A stretch of DNA of 64,000 nt from Octopus bimaculoides (Eukaryota), in NCBI RefSeq assembly GCF_001194135.2, contig NC_068995.1, positions 58,084,987 to 58,148,986 on the forward strand. Reading direction: 5' to 3'. The translations under genes were made by a program, and so were the position numbers. Under the pieces are notes generated by a model. The model ran no database searches. It saw only the letters and a list, made by a program, of their open reading frames with translations, and was not told where the DNA came from. Below are positions 26,616 through 38,952 of this stretch, piece after piece. Within the stretch, counting starts at the first letter, position 1; each line of letters begins with the position of its first letter.

Positions 26616-26836
26616 AAGAGCCATTGGAATAGTTGTATCTCCATTTTGTTGGAAGAATCAAAACTGGATTGGGTTAACACTAGTCTGTTCCCTGGAAGAA
26701 ATTTTAAATTCCATAGCCCTGGCATTAATTGTTTCAGAACCTGGAGAAAATCCCAAAGAATTATTGAAGCCATTTTCAGCATCACCATTGAATACAAACT
26801 CATCTGTATCTGGTGTCAGCAAACATCCAGCATCAA
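26616..26836 (+). CDS. TYSND1: TYSND1 coding exon 2 (3' boundary uncertain)
   Basis: Acceptor CACAG|A in phase 2; RAIGIVVSPFCWKNQNWIGLTLVC matches family VVAPLCWKAGEWVGFTLLC. Phase-1 donor TCAA|GTAAAA at 26836/7 (alternative at 26812/3). Confidence 0.85.
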
Positions 26837-26922
26837 GTAAAATCATTTTTAATTTCTTTTATAATTATTTTGTTTTTGGTATATTGAAACTCAAAGCATT
26901 AAAACTATAAATGACAGCATAG

Positions 26923-26964
26923 AAATACTGGTTCAAGAAATCTTTTTGGATAGCAAGAATCAAG
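26923..26964 (+). CDS. TYSND1: Candidate 42-nt symmetric (phase 1-1) micro-exon of TYSND1, (K)ILVQEIFLDSKNQ(G)
   Basis: Strong donor CAAG|GTAGGT at 26964/5. The AG at 26921-22 is the only nearby acceptor keeping the frame open from the 26836 donor to exon 3. Confidence 0.4.
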
Positions 26965-27689
26965 GTAGGTTTTTTAACCCAATATTTACAGGGTATGATT
27001 TATAGATTTATTACTTGAAGTTTCTAAATTCTTATGACATCAGTAATTATTTTGATTCTTTGAAATCATCATAGTATTACATTTATTGATGATGAATTCC
27101 ATAGACATTTATTAAAACAATTCTGTTGTTGATATGACAATTTTGTCATCTTATGAGTATGAAGTTATATCAGAAAATTCCCAGACCATACATCATCATC
27201 ATTATTTAATGTACACTTTTCCATGCTTGCATGGGTTAGATTGAATTTGTAGCAGCAGATTTTTCTACAGCTGGATGCTTTTCTTATCACAACCTTCACC
27301 TGTTTCCAAGAAAGGTAATATTTTCCCAAGACCAGACATGTTTTCTATGGAGGACTGAAAACAAACAACATTGTTTGTATGATGGTGATTCTTAATTATA
27401 ACCAACACAAGATGACTAGGCAAGGGTGTACACACTCATGCATGCACACACGTATATGAGGGGCTTCTTTTCAGTTTCAAACTACCAAATTAACTCACAA
27501 TGCTTTGGTCAGCATAGCATTACAGTAGAATACTCTTGCCCTAGGTGCTGCACAGTGGGACTAAACTCATAGTTAGGAAGCAAGCTCCTCATCCACACAG
27601 CCATGCCCACACTTAAAAAAATATACCACTATTCCAATTAATAATTAATTTCATATATCATTTATATTTTTGCACTGTCACCTTTGAAA

Positions 27690-28085
27690 TAGTGTGCTCA
27701 GAAACATAATGATTCTAGTGCATCTTCTACACTCTAGAAGCATCTTGTAAGTCCTCTTCTTGAAGACCATCCAATACCATCTGTGATTCCATTTGAATTT
27801 CATCTCCTTACAGACTCCATAACTGATTCCAGTCACATGAGTGAATTAATGGATTATGTTTGATGGTTTATCATTGAGGAGTTTACAAATATTAATTTTT
27901 CCACATTTTTTGCATTTTACTCATGATTGTTCACCTTGGACACTTATATTGAATGAACTGGCTTTGAAATGTCTAGATCACTTAAAAAGTAGTTTAACCC
28001 AAAAAATATTTACCCAAAGTCTGATAAAATATTTCAGGGGTCTTGGTAGAAGATTTGCTAACTTCATGCAAAATTTGTTGCAGAT
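27690..28085 (-). mobile_element. Internally deleted mariner derivative
   Basis: Minus strand ICNKFCMKLA...TGISYGVCKE (mariner N-terminal HTH region) joined to a C-terminal-like VLDGLQEEDL segment. Confidence 0.6.
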
Positions 28086-28439
28086 CAAAGGGGATCCTAG
28101 TCATGCAAGTTACATGGTAACTGCACTAGTGCTGGTGCCATGAAAAAAGCATCCAGTATACTCTGTAAAGTATTTGATATAAACAAAAGCATTTAGCCAT
28201 AGAAACAATGGCAGAGCAACATTGGAGCACAAAACAGCCCTCTGGTCCATTGGATTCTGTCAAACTGGCCAAATTATAGGCCACTATGGAAGACACATGT
28301 AAAAAAATGATGATAATGATGATGACCACGATGACAACGATGATGATGACACTGTGTTAGCATATCAGATAAATTCCTTAATTTTTTTCCAGTATTTTAA
28401 TTCTTATTTTTCATCAATTAACTTAGCAAATCGGTCAAT

Positions 28440-28650
28440 AATATATTCTCCTTCATTGCTTACGATTTCTTGCTAATATTCCATCCGTTTGTCAATGCCT
28501 TGATGGTAGAAATCACTGGCTCTTGACTCATGGAAGTCACCAAGCCATATGTCTTCAGCTCCATGTTGTGGTCAAATGAAATGCCTCATAAACTGTCGGA
28601 GAGCAACAGGAAAAAGGTGATAATCTGAGAGCACTATATTGGGGAATCTG
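28440..28650 (-). mobile_element. Mariner transposase C-terminal fragment
   Basis: SDYHLF...WLGDFHESRASDFYHQGIDKRMEY*QEIVSNEGEYI, typical of DD34D mariner C-termini. Confidence 0.7.
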
Positions 28651-28902
28651 ATGAGTGAAATAGAACTTCCCAGTCAAGCTCTTGGTAACCTGTTTGGCCA
28701 AAATAGTGTTGTGTCATGTGTTGTGAAGTTGAAGAAGCACAGTGTCATTGGTCGGGTCATTTCAACTGGAATGCCACATTGAGTCTTTGCTGGATAGAAA
28801 TCTCTGCAAAGACTGTGTGGTTGTTTCCAAGCATTCCATAGTGGATTAGTCCTTCCCAATCCCACTAAAGTTTCATGGAGCACCTATCTCTACTGGCAAC
28901 TA

Positions 28903-29345
28903 AGGGCCTCTTACTCAAAGTGAAAGATAGACTTATGATGCATGTGTGCAAGCTGCCATGCTACATGGCAGTGAAACATGGGCTAGAAGTGCTGAGGACA
29001 AGCGTGGGCTTGAAAGAAATGAAGCTAGTATGATCCGCTGGATCTGTAATGTCAGAGTGCATACATGACAGAGTGTAAGCACCCTGAGAGAAAAGTTGGG
29101 CATAAGAAGCATCAAATGTGGTGTGCAAGAGAGACGATGAGAGCCAGTCAGTGGGCACTGGTATCGGCCACATTCAGATGGTGCTTTTTACGTACCACCA
29201 GCACGGGAGCCAGTCAGGCGGACCTAGCATCGATCACATTCAGATGTGCTTTTTACATGCCACCTGTGCAGAAGTCAGTCAGGGGACACTGGCCACAGCT
29301 ACAAATCACCTCACTCAAGCCAAGCCCACAACGCTGTATTATCCT
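28903..29345 (+). mobile_element. RTE LINE 3' fragment with partial 3' UTR
   Basis: Similar to 33580-33790 and 49110-49340 (YDACVQAAMLHGSETWA...GLERNEASMIRWICNVRVH). Confidence 0.8.
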
Positions 29346-29560
29346 TGACGTCTTGTATATTCCTTTCAAGCTGCCCATGCATTCTCATTTCGAGAAGGCC
29401 TTCTTTTCTCTTCTCCTCAGCTCTTTGGTTAAACTCTTCGTTGCCCATCATTTCATCTGCATTTACACCCATATCTTTCGTGGCATATTGCAGCAGGTCT
29501 TCATCAAGATTTATCAAATACTCGGCAAGCGTTCTCTTTTCACTCCTTATACAATGATAT
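29311..29560 (-). mobile_element. Internal fragment of an R4/Dong-like non-LTR element
   Basis: RSEKRTLAEYLINLDEDLLQYATK...EKRKEGLLEMRMHGQLERNIQDV...W: the HGQ motif region downstream of RT in RLE-type elements. Confidence 0.65.
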
Positions 29561-29565
29561 CCTTA

Positions 29566-29604
29566 TTGTTATTATTATTATTATTATTATCATTATTATT
29601 ATTA

Positions 29605-29669
<65 letters not shown>
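29566..29669. repeat. (TTA)n microsatellite
   Basis: Directly visible. Confidence 0.95.
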
Positions 29670-29670
<1 letters not shown>

Positions 29671-29817
29671 GTTTAACTTTTGCTTTATATTTGTACAAGT
29701 TGACTCCAAGTCTCACCCAGAGACCTCAAGAGACAACAATTTAGAAGTTTGAGTTAGTGTTGTTGTTGTTATTACTATTATTATTATTTCTTTTTTTTTT
29801 TGTTTTATTACTTTTAG

Positions 29818-29958
29818 GTCCTTACAATTTTACATTGAGTGAAAACATCAAGCAGTATTTGTGCCATGTTATTGGTCAAAAGGGCACTGGAACAGGAATA
29901 TTAATCAGCCATGATACCATACTAACATGTAGCCATGTTGTCTGTGACAATTCTGAAG
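29818..29958 (+). CDS. TYSND1: TYSND1 coding exon 3 (catalytic His)
   Basis: Acceptor CTTTTAG|GT phase 1; QKGTGTGILISHDTILTCSHVV (family GSGV...VVTCRHV); donor GAAG|GTAGCA phase 1. Confidence 0.92.
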
Positions 29959-30579
29959 GTAGCAACATTTTTTTTTTGTTTTTGTTTAGTTCCAGAACAG
30001 ACATTCTACATGTGACTAACCACTCTTTCAAGCATAGTTCCTTCATTTTCTTTAAATTGATGAAGTATGATCCAAGAGAAATTTGGCTGCTCTTTCTAGC
30101 AGGTTATGCGACCATGTATAGGCTTTCTCATTTTGTTTCTGTTACTATAGAGTTAATTATGAAATTTTAAAATTTCTCTTAGCTCTCACCTCCCTCTACT
30201 TCCTTTTCCTCTACTGCTACTACTACTAGACAACTACATACTGTGTCCTCTAAGTCACACGTGAATATTATGCAATCAGCATGCAAGGGGAATTAAATCT
30301 GTACCGCACTAAATTAAATGCATTTGTACAGCACAAAAATCATGGTTAGTTGACTCCATGCATCTCTAAAACAAACAGAAGAGCTCAATATAGGAGCCTT
30401 TATGTTCTCACTTGATGTGCTAGAAATAGCAACTAAATTCCCCTTCAAGCTAACCCTACCATATTAAAATTCAAAGCCATAGTAGACAATGTAGAACATA
30501 ATACATTAAAAAAAATAATGGGTAAGTCATAATCGGAATATTTTTGGACATAGTTTTGCTCAGCAAAGGTCAAATTGGG

Positions 30580-31115
30580 GGCCAAACAGCAACTAAAATA
30601 CTTTTTTGCAGTGCAATCATAATTATTTTGTTTGTTTTTGTCATTGGACAGTGGCCATGCTGGGGCACCACTTTGAAAGGTTTAATTGAACAGATTAACC
30701 CTACTACTTATTTTTTAAGCCTGCTACTTATTCTATTGGTCTCCTTTGACAAACTGCTAAGTTACAGAGATGTAAACAAATCAACAACAGTTGTCAAGTG
30801 GTGATAGGGGACAAACATAACACAAAACACTAAGACTCACTCCTACATACACATACATCTGAAGCCTATTTTAAATATATAGATATATTTTTTTTTACTC
30901 TTTTACTTGTTTGTCAGAGTTGATTGCAGCCATGCTGGAGCACCACCTTTAGTCGAACAGATCGATCCCAGGACTTATTCTTTGTAAGCCTAGTACTTAT
31001 TCTATCGGTGGTTTTTGCTGAACTGCTATGTTACGGGGACGTAAACACACCAACATCAGTTGTCGAGTGAGGTGGGGGGGGGGGGGGGAGACAAACACAC
31101 ACACACACACACTTA

Positions 31116-31150
<35 letters not shown>

Positions 31151-31240
31151 GACGGGATTCTTTCAGTTTCTGTCTACCAAATCCACTCACAAGGTTTTCG
31201 TTGGCCCAAGGCTATACTAGAAGACACTTGCCCAGTACCT
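30580..31240 (-). mobile_element. Two tRNA-derived SINE copies
   Basis: Same diagnostic blocks as 18040-18720. Confidence 0.75.
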
Positions 31241-31867
31241 GCAGCTATCAGTGACTGAAATATTTTCTAGCCACAGAGAGAAGGGCCAGCCTTAGTCATG
31301 CAGTCCAAGGGTGTGTTTACACTAGCAGAAAACATCAGTGATAGTGAGGCCCAGTATTTGGAGTGACTGTGACAGGCTTAGCTGAGTGTCAGTCACTCAT
31401 GTTTAGAGGGGATATAGTGTTAGTGATGTTTTCTTTATATTAGTAGTGCTTGAAGGTCAATGAGGAATAGGAATGAATCATTTTGTCATGAAAAAGTAAC
31501 AGATCATCTATACCAGGAATAGGTTCTACATCACCTGGAAAATCAGTATCCTATTCAGGGAAAGGATTATTTTTCATTTGCTTAATGCTTTATGTAACCC
31601 AGGGCAAAGTACTAACACATAAAAACTCCTTATGATTTAGTTACCATGTTTATGGTATAAGTTTTACTGATTTACACCCATTTTATCAGGATTGCATCTG
31701 AAGTGGGAATGAGGCCTATCAGAGTGTGGAGGTCAGCTCTTGTACATTGGTCTGGGATCTGGAGAGCCAACAAATAGTTCCTGTGAATATCTCATGGGCC
31801 CTTCCCTGAAGAAAAAAATTAACAAAATCAATAAAAGGAGAAACCTGAGCTGCCTAATCAGAAACCA

Positions 31868-34800
31868 TTATTACCTCCAATAAGGTGGAGGTATTGTTTT
31901 CAGACATGTTTGTTTGTCTGTGGACAAGATATCTCAAGAACTGATGGATGGATTCAGATGAAACTTTCAGGGATGTTTAGCCTTGTGACTCGCACAAACT
32001 GATTAGATTTTGGAATTGATCTGATATCGGACAAGGATTCTGGATTATTTGTTATATTTACTTTACATGAAGTATTATGATCTTACATTGACTTTCAAGT
32101 CTTTCCCTGATTATCTTCCTTATATTATACATGCATATTAACACTTTACAGTATACTTACATATATACATAATTCTATAAATCAATCTAAAACAGCAGGA
32201 ATACTAAAAGAAGACCGGAATTTAAGAGAAGAGAAAATCAAAAGGTCTCATTTAAAAATTCCTGAGAAGAACTTATTATTATTATTAATAGTTTTACAAC
32301 TTTGAAACTTTTTTGAATGGTGAATTTGTTAACTTTGGCTTGTATTAGATAAGGATAAACTATTTATTAGTTACTAAGTTTTCTATAGCTGCTTTGAGAG
32401 GAGTCATCTTTCCAAAAATAACCTATCATATCTAATATAAAACTCAGCGCATTGCTAGTCAATATTTTAAATTTTACAGTGTGTTTGAGAGAGAAGACAT
32501 GCCAAAATCCAAATCAAGAAGTTTAGCTCAAAGGCAAAAGAACAGAGTGTGTATTAGCAGATGTTATAGATACATATTCTTCTGACCACAATACCGTATG
32601 CATTTCATTACAGTTATATAGATACAAATAATTACAGAGGTATCAAGTTGTTGGATCAGGTAATGAAGGTCACAGAGAGGGTCATAGACCAACTAATTAG
32701 GGAGAGAGTCAGTTTAGATGAGATGCAGTTTAGGTTCATGCTATATTTCTGGTAAGACAGCTGCAGGAAAAATACCTAGCCAAGGATAAACCTCTGTACC
32801 TGGCTTTCGTTGACCTGGAGAAAGCTTTTGACAAGGTCCCCGATCCCTTATCTGATAGTCAACGAGGAAACTAGGGATAGATGAATGGTTAGTGAGAGCT
32901 GTGCAACCCATGTACAAGGACGCTGTCAGTAAGGTGAGGGCTGGCAACGAATACAGTGAAGAATTCTTGGTAGAGGTAGGGGTCCACCAAGGTTCAGTCC
33001 TCAGCCCTCTCCTATTTATCATAGTTTGCCAGGCAATAACAGGAATTCAAGACAGGATGCCCCTGGGAGCTCCTCTATGCTGATGACCTTGCTCTAATTG
33101 CTGAGTCACTAGAGGAGAAGTTTCAGGTGCGGAAGCAAGGATTAGAATCGAAGGGCCTTAGAGTCAACCTAGCTAAAACCAAAGTCCTGGTAAGTAGGAA
33201 GGCAGACAAACCACAAATCCCTTTAGGTAGATGGCCCTGCTCGATCTGTAGAAAAGGCGTAGGTAGAAACTCTATAAAATGTACCCAGTGTAAGCTATGG
33301 ACACATAAGAGGTGCAGCAATATGAAAAGAAGGCTAACTGGGAAGATATTTTTTGTATGTGGCAGATGCTCAGGGGCAATAAACATTGAAAATGTGCAGA
33401 GAACAACTTCTGCCACATTCCAGAGAGAAAAACTACAAGTAGTTGATAGCTTCCGTTACCTAGGGGACCAAGTCAGTAGAAGGGGTGGATGCTCTGAAAG
33501 TGTAGCTGCTAGAATAAGAATAGCCTGGGTAAAGTACAGAGAGCTCCTACCTCTGGCTGGTGACAAAGGGCCTCTCACTCAGAGTAGTAATTGTCTAGAC
33601 TATATGACGCATGTGTACAAACAGCCATGCTACATGGCAGTGAAACATGGGCCGTGACTGCTGAGGACATGCGTAAGCTCGCAAGGAATGAAGCCAGTAT
33701 GCTCTACTAGATGTGTATGTGCAAACTCAACAAAGTGTAAGTTGGACCAAAGAAGCATCAGATGTGGTGTGCAAGAGAGATGACAGCGCTGGTATTGTCA
33801 TGTGGTGAGAATGGATGAGGATAGCTGTGTGAAAAAGTGCCACACCCTAGCAGTTGAGGGAACCTGTGGAAGAGGTAGGCCCAGGAAGACCTGGGATGAG
33901 GTGGTGAAGCATGACCTTTGAACGTTAGACCTCACTGAGGCAATGACTAGTGACCGAGACCTTTGGAAATATGTTGTGCTTGAGAAGGCCTGGCAAGCCA
34001 AGTGAGACCATACCATGTGGCCTATGCCAGTGGTGTAACCAGCCCACTTAGGCGTACTTTTCCTTCATTGGACACTAAACTCTGCTTGCGAAGACCTGTT
34101 GAGGCAAGTGAAATCGAAATCAAATTTGATGACAGCACCACTTGACTGGCATCCATGCTATTGGAGCGCAAAGAGCACCATCCGAGCATGATCGTTGCTA
34201 GGGCTGCTGACTGGCTCCCATGCCGGTGGCACATGAAAAGCACCATTCGAGTGTGATCGTTACCAGCATCACCTTACTAGCACATGAAAGACAACATTCG
34301 AGCGAAGTCGTTGCCAGTGCCACTGGACTGGCTTCTGTGCGCGGTGGCATGTAAAAAACACCATTTGAGCGTGGCTGTTGCCAGTACCGCCTGACTGGCC
34401 CTCATGCTGGTGGCATGTAAAAGCACTCACTACATTCTCAGAATGGTTGGCGTTAGAAAGGACATCCAACTGTAGAAACTCTGCCAGATCAGATTGGAGC
34501 CTGGTGCAGCCGTCTGGCTTGCTAATCTTCAGTCAAACCGTCCAACCCATGCCAGCNNNNNNNNNNGATTGGAGCCTGGTGCAGCCGTCTGGCTTGCTAA
34601 TCTTCAGTCAAACCGTCCAACCCATGCCAGCATGGAAAGCGGATGTTAAACGATGATGATGATGATATAATTTTTTATGTTCAGTTATGTTTCTCCCCTG
34701 AAGTTCTTGTTGCATTTCAGCCAGTGTTTCGAAAACTTTTACATAGTGACTCCCCTAGTCTTATTGACATGTATGCGCTCAAGTCATGTAAATATTTTCA

Positions 34801-35084
34801 TTACTCAGATGACACACACACACAGCATTACAAGGATGGCCTGCACATCCACCTTCACTTTCCATGACAACCACTGGGATTGATCCAGTTCCGGACAAGG
34901 ATTCTGGATTATTTTTGCAGTTTTCTTACTTAATTTTTAAGAGCAGTTGGGTTCATTTTTAGTATTCTCGCTTGTGAGAGCAGTCAAGTTTATTTCAAAT
35001 ATTCTCATTTTAAAAATCAACTCGTTGGGAGGAAATTGGTGTTGCCTTGGTAGAGGTTTGCACTCTCTCAGTGCTCTTGCTATT
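31868..35084 (+). mobile_element. Helentron/DINE-like non-autonomous element termini enclosing a nested RTE
   Basis: 5' TTATTACCTCC-AATAAGGT-GGAGGT hairpin then TGTTTG/TCTG repeats. 3' GCCTTGGTAGAGGT sub-terminal repeat plus GCACT-CTCTC-AGTGC stem-loop near 35060-35074. Whether both ends belong to one copy is inferred. Confidence 0.55.
32615..34655 (+). mobile_element. 5'-truncated RTE-clade LINE (RT pseudo-ORF plus 3' UTR)
   Basis: NYRGIKLLDQVMK, AFVDLEKAFDKVP, GVHQGSVLSPLLF, LYADDLALIAES, PHD-like Cys cluster, FRYLGDQV; stops and frameshifts; ends in (GAT)n tail. Confidence 0.95.
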
Positions 35085-35089
35085 ATTAT

Positions 35090-35585
35090 CGAAGGTAGTA
35101 AGCTGGCAGAATTATTAGATGAACAAAAAGCTGAGCAGCAATTCTTCCACCAGTATATTTCTGAATTGAAATTCCACTGAGGTCAACTTTGCCTTTCATC
35201 CTTTTAGGGTTGATAAAATAAATACCAAGTGAGCACTGGGGGCTGATGTAATCAACTAGTGTCTTCCTACTGAAATTTCAGGCATTGTGTCTATTGAAGA
35301 AAGGATTATTATTATTGCTATTATTTGATCTTTCCTCATTTATTAATCATGTACATGAATAAGGTGGTGAGCTGGTAGAATTGTTAGCTTGTCAGGTAAA
35401 AGGCATTGTGACTTTTCATCCATTGTTGTTCTGAGTTCAAATTCTGCTGAGGTCGACTTTTCCTTTCATCCCTTCGGGGTTGATGAAACAAGTACCAGTC
35501 AAGTACTGAGGCTGATGTAATTGACCAGCCCCCTCCCCCAAATTCCAGGCATTGTGTCTATAATAGAAAGGATTGTTATTATCAT
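35090..35585 (+). mobile_element. Two tandem copies of a second tRNA-derived SINE family (also on minus at 55195-55475 and 61080-61270)
   Basis: GAGCTGG(C/T)AGAATT...GTTCAAATTC...GAGGTC(G/A)ACTTT...CTTTCATCC...AGTACCA blocks with ATT tails. Confidence 0.8.
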
Positions 35586-36114
35586 CATCGTCATCATTGT
35601 TATTATTATTGAAGGAGAGAGCAGTGCATGCCGTCAAAGTGACACTGGGGTAAAGTATATGAAGCCCAGTATACCCATCATGACTACCCGTCTGATAAGG
35701 GTACATCAGGCACATGCATCACAACCATATCAAGATAAACAGCACATGACCTAGCAGGTGGGGCACAGTTAGAATTTTCTTCAGGTCGAGTAGCCCATCC
35801 CACTCAAAAGGTCACTGAATAAGGGTTGTTTAAGGATGTTGAGCAAAACACCCATGTTTCCAAAGGTGAATTATTCAAACCCCAAAGAATTCCTCTGAAC
35901 ACATGGCTATGATGCTCCCCCTCTACTACTGCTCGTGATCAGAGATGCACATATCATCAGCCACTGAGGGACATACTCAACTGGTTAAGGTCAATCAGCT
36001 GACAAGCAAATCTGTGGTATTGAGAAGAATATTTGCTGTGGTCCATCTTTTGAACCAAGACAAAACAATGTACATGATAACACTTCCAATCAATTAAGAT
36101 GAGACGTCATTCAT

Positions 36115-36360
36115 CATCATCATCATCATCGTTTAACGTCCGCTTTCCATGCTAGCATGGGTTGGACGATTTGACTGAGGACTGGTGAAACCGGATGGCA
36201 ACACCAGGCTCCAGTCTGATTTGGCAGAGTTTCTACAGCTGGATGCCCTTCCTAACGCCAACCACTCAGAGAGTGTAGTGGGTGCTTTTACGTGTCACCC
36301 GCACGAAAACGGCCACGCTCGAAATGGTGTCTTTTATGTGCCACCCGCACAAGCCAGTCC
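36115..36360 (-). mobile_element. Young RTE 3'-tail insertion
   Basis: Near-identical to 9664-9930 and 54866-55150; CpGs intact. Confidence 0.85.
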
Positions 36361-36361
36361 A

Positions 36362-36392
<31 letters not shown>

Positions 36393-37239
36393 AAGTGTTA
36401 TATAATGATAGAGTGGGTGTTTCAATTTGAATGTGTCACATTCCTACCAAGAACAGCTGTACATTCTTCTCCTGTTTTAGGGTTTATTTTAATTGCTGTT
36501 AAAATAAACATTTAATACATAAAAATGGTGAATATTTTCTTCTAATGAAATACAAAGCAGAATTACAAGTGAGAGTTGTATACTGTATCAAACTATTAAT
36601 GTGTGAACTTCTATATATGTTGCTCAGCCTGGTAGAAATAGTAGTTAAATTTCCTTCTAATCATACCTAACCCCCTTTAAAAAGAGAAGTGCATATTAAA
36701 TGATGTAAGCCTGGATGCACTGATGATGGATCCTACATTGGTGTTGATGGTGAGCATTCACTTGCTTCATCAGCTGAGTGAACTACTCATTCAATTGTAA
36801 GTAGCTGTATATTTCACAGACATGTGTCCTGTTAATGTGATCTTTAGCCCAGAGGTCTGAAAACGAAATATGGAACAAGCGAAACAGTCTGAGACATGCA
36901 GAATAAGGTGCTTCAGCAAGGGGATGTAACAATGAGTCTAAGGATAGTGACTAGAATTGGTGGTAGGCTATCAGCTAGTGATTGTCTGTGTCAGCATGAA
37001 CTAAGATGAGAAATATAAACAAGAAAGAGGCATGTGGGTGTGTTGAGAAATGAAATAGAGCTTAATGGTTCAGGTAGCGATGGTGGTGGTGGTGGTGGTG
37101 GTGGTGGTAGTGGTGCATATGTGTGTGTGTGTGTGTATATGTATGTATAATGCAGGTGGTGGAGACTTAGTTTAGTGCGGGTACTTTGTCAGAAAGGAAA
37201 ACAAAATAAACAAAAACAAAAAAATATCCAAACCTTTAA

Positions 37240-37420
37240 TTGAGTAATTACTGAACGTATAATAACTGTTTATTGAATATTTAATGAATATTTACTAAAC
37301 ATCAAATGAATATTCACAGTATAGTTATTGAACACTTACTCGAATGATTACTAGACATTTATTGAATATTATTTTACTGAACATGTTTTTATTGATTAGT
37401 TATTGATTAATGATTTAATT
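37240..37420. repeat. Degenerate AT-rich minisatellite (unit about TTAYTGAAYA)
   Basis: Recurring TTATTGAATA/TTACTGAACA/TTATTGAACA motifs. Confidence 0.55.
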
Positions 37421-37741
37421 AAAATCCACTGGAGGACTCAGCTTGAAATGTTCCTCTCTGCTTCCTGTCACAGCACACCAACATGTGTTTTTTTTATTTA
37501 TTTATTCATTTAAAAAAAAAATTTTTTATGCTATATTATGTTATGCCTTCAAAGTATTCAATACATTTTACAAGGCTTGAACTCATCACCATGTACTCAA
37601 GGACTCAGACCAGTAATGAAGTATTTTAACCACACAGTTGTACCTATAAATGCACTTGTTAATTGATGTTGCGAGAAAGATTCTTGATACGCACACATGC
37701 ACATACATGTATATATGTGTGTGTGTGTGTGTGTCCCTCTT

Positions 37742-37799
<58 letters not shown>

Positions 37800-38919
37800 C
37801 ACGTAAAAAACACTACTGACCTCGCCTGTGGTTGTGTCATGTAAAAAGTACTAAGTCCACTCTGATGAGTTGTTGTGTTATGAAGAGCATCCAGCTGTAA
37901 AAATCCAGCCAAAACAGTCACTGAAGTCTGGTGCAGTCTTCTGCCTAGCCGACTCTTGTGAAACCATCTCAACCATGTGAGCATGGAAGGTGGACATTAA
38001 ACGATGATGATGAAAAAAGGAAAAATTATCACTCCTAAAAGAGCTTCTAACTCTTATTTCTTACATTATAGATGATTCAGCATCCTTGGTCACGATTAGT
38101 GATGATAAAATTTTTCCTTTATGGTCTTATATTGCACATAGCTGTTAATATATATGCATTATCATTTTTACTAAATCAGCCATGGTAGTTAGACCTGGGC
38201 TCTGAATACAGAAGACATGCACAGACTAGAGAGGAATGAAGGTAGTGGTTCAACAAAAAGAGACTGATAGAATAAGTACTGGGGTTAATTTACTTGACTA
38301 TACATTTGTAGGCTGTGCACCAACACGGCCATCATCTAATGACTGAAACAAGTAAGAGATGAAAGATAAAAGATGTGTGTGCTTTTATACATACATGCAC
38401 ACAAACATGCAAGCACACACGTGCACACACACACACACACACACACACAGATACATACGTATAGTTATCTATCTTAGACATGAAACATCACAAGAAAATC
38501 AGAGCTGGTTCTAATTTCTGTAGAAAATCTGTAAACATGTGATTTAATAGCACTGCTAACACAAGAGTACATGGTATTGACTTATAAAAATGTTTAATAT
38601 GCTTTCTAGCATATTAAGGGTGTAGAATGAAATACTGTGTGCCTAAAAGTCATTAACCTTCTGTTTTATTTCATAGGCTAATCAGTATCTAATCACCAAT
38701 AAGCTTCCTTTACCCAATGACTACTAAAAATGAATGGGGCTTTTTTTTTCACTTCTACCTTTTTCTCCTAACAATCTGCTCTCCACTCAGATCTCTCCCA
38801 ACACTTGTCTCTCTATTCTGAACAATAGACCACCTATACTGCACTTCAGATTTAGTCTGATGATCAGCATCATGAAATTCCAATAACTTAACTAGATGTA
38901 AGGTGCCAGCTGTTGTAAC

Positions 38920-38952
<33 letters not shown>

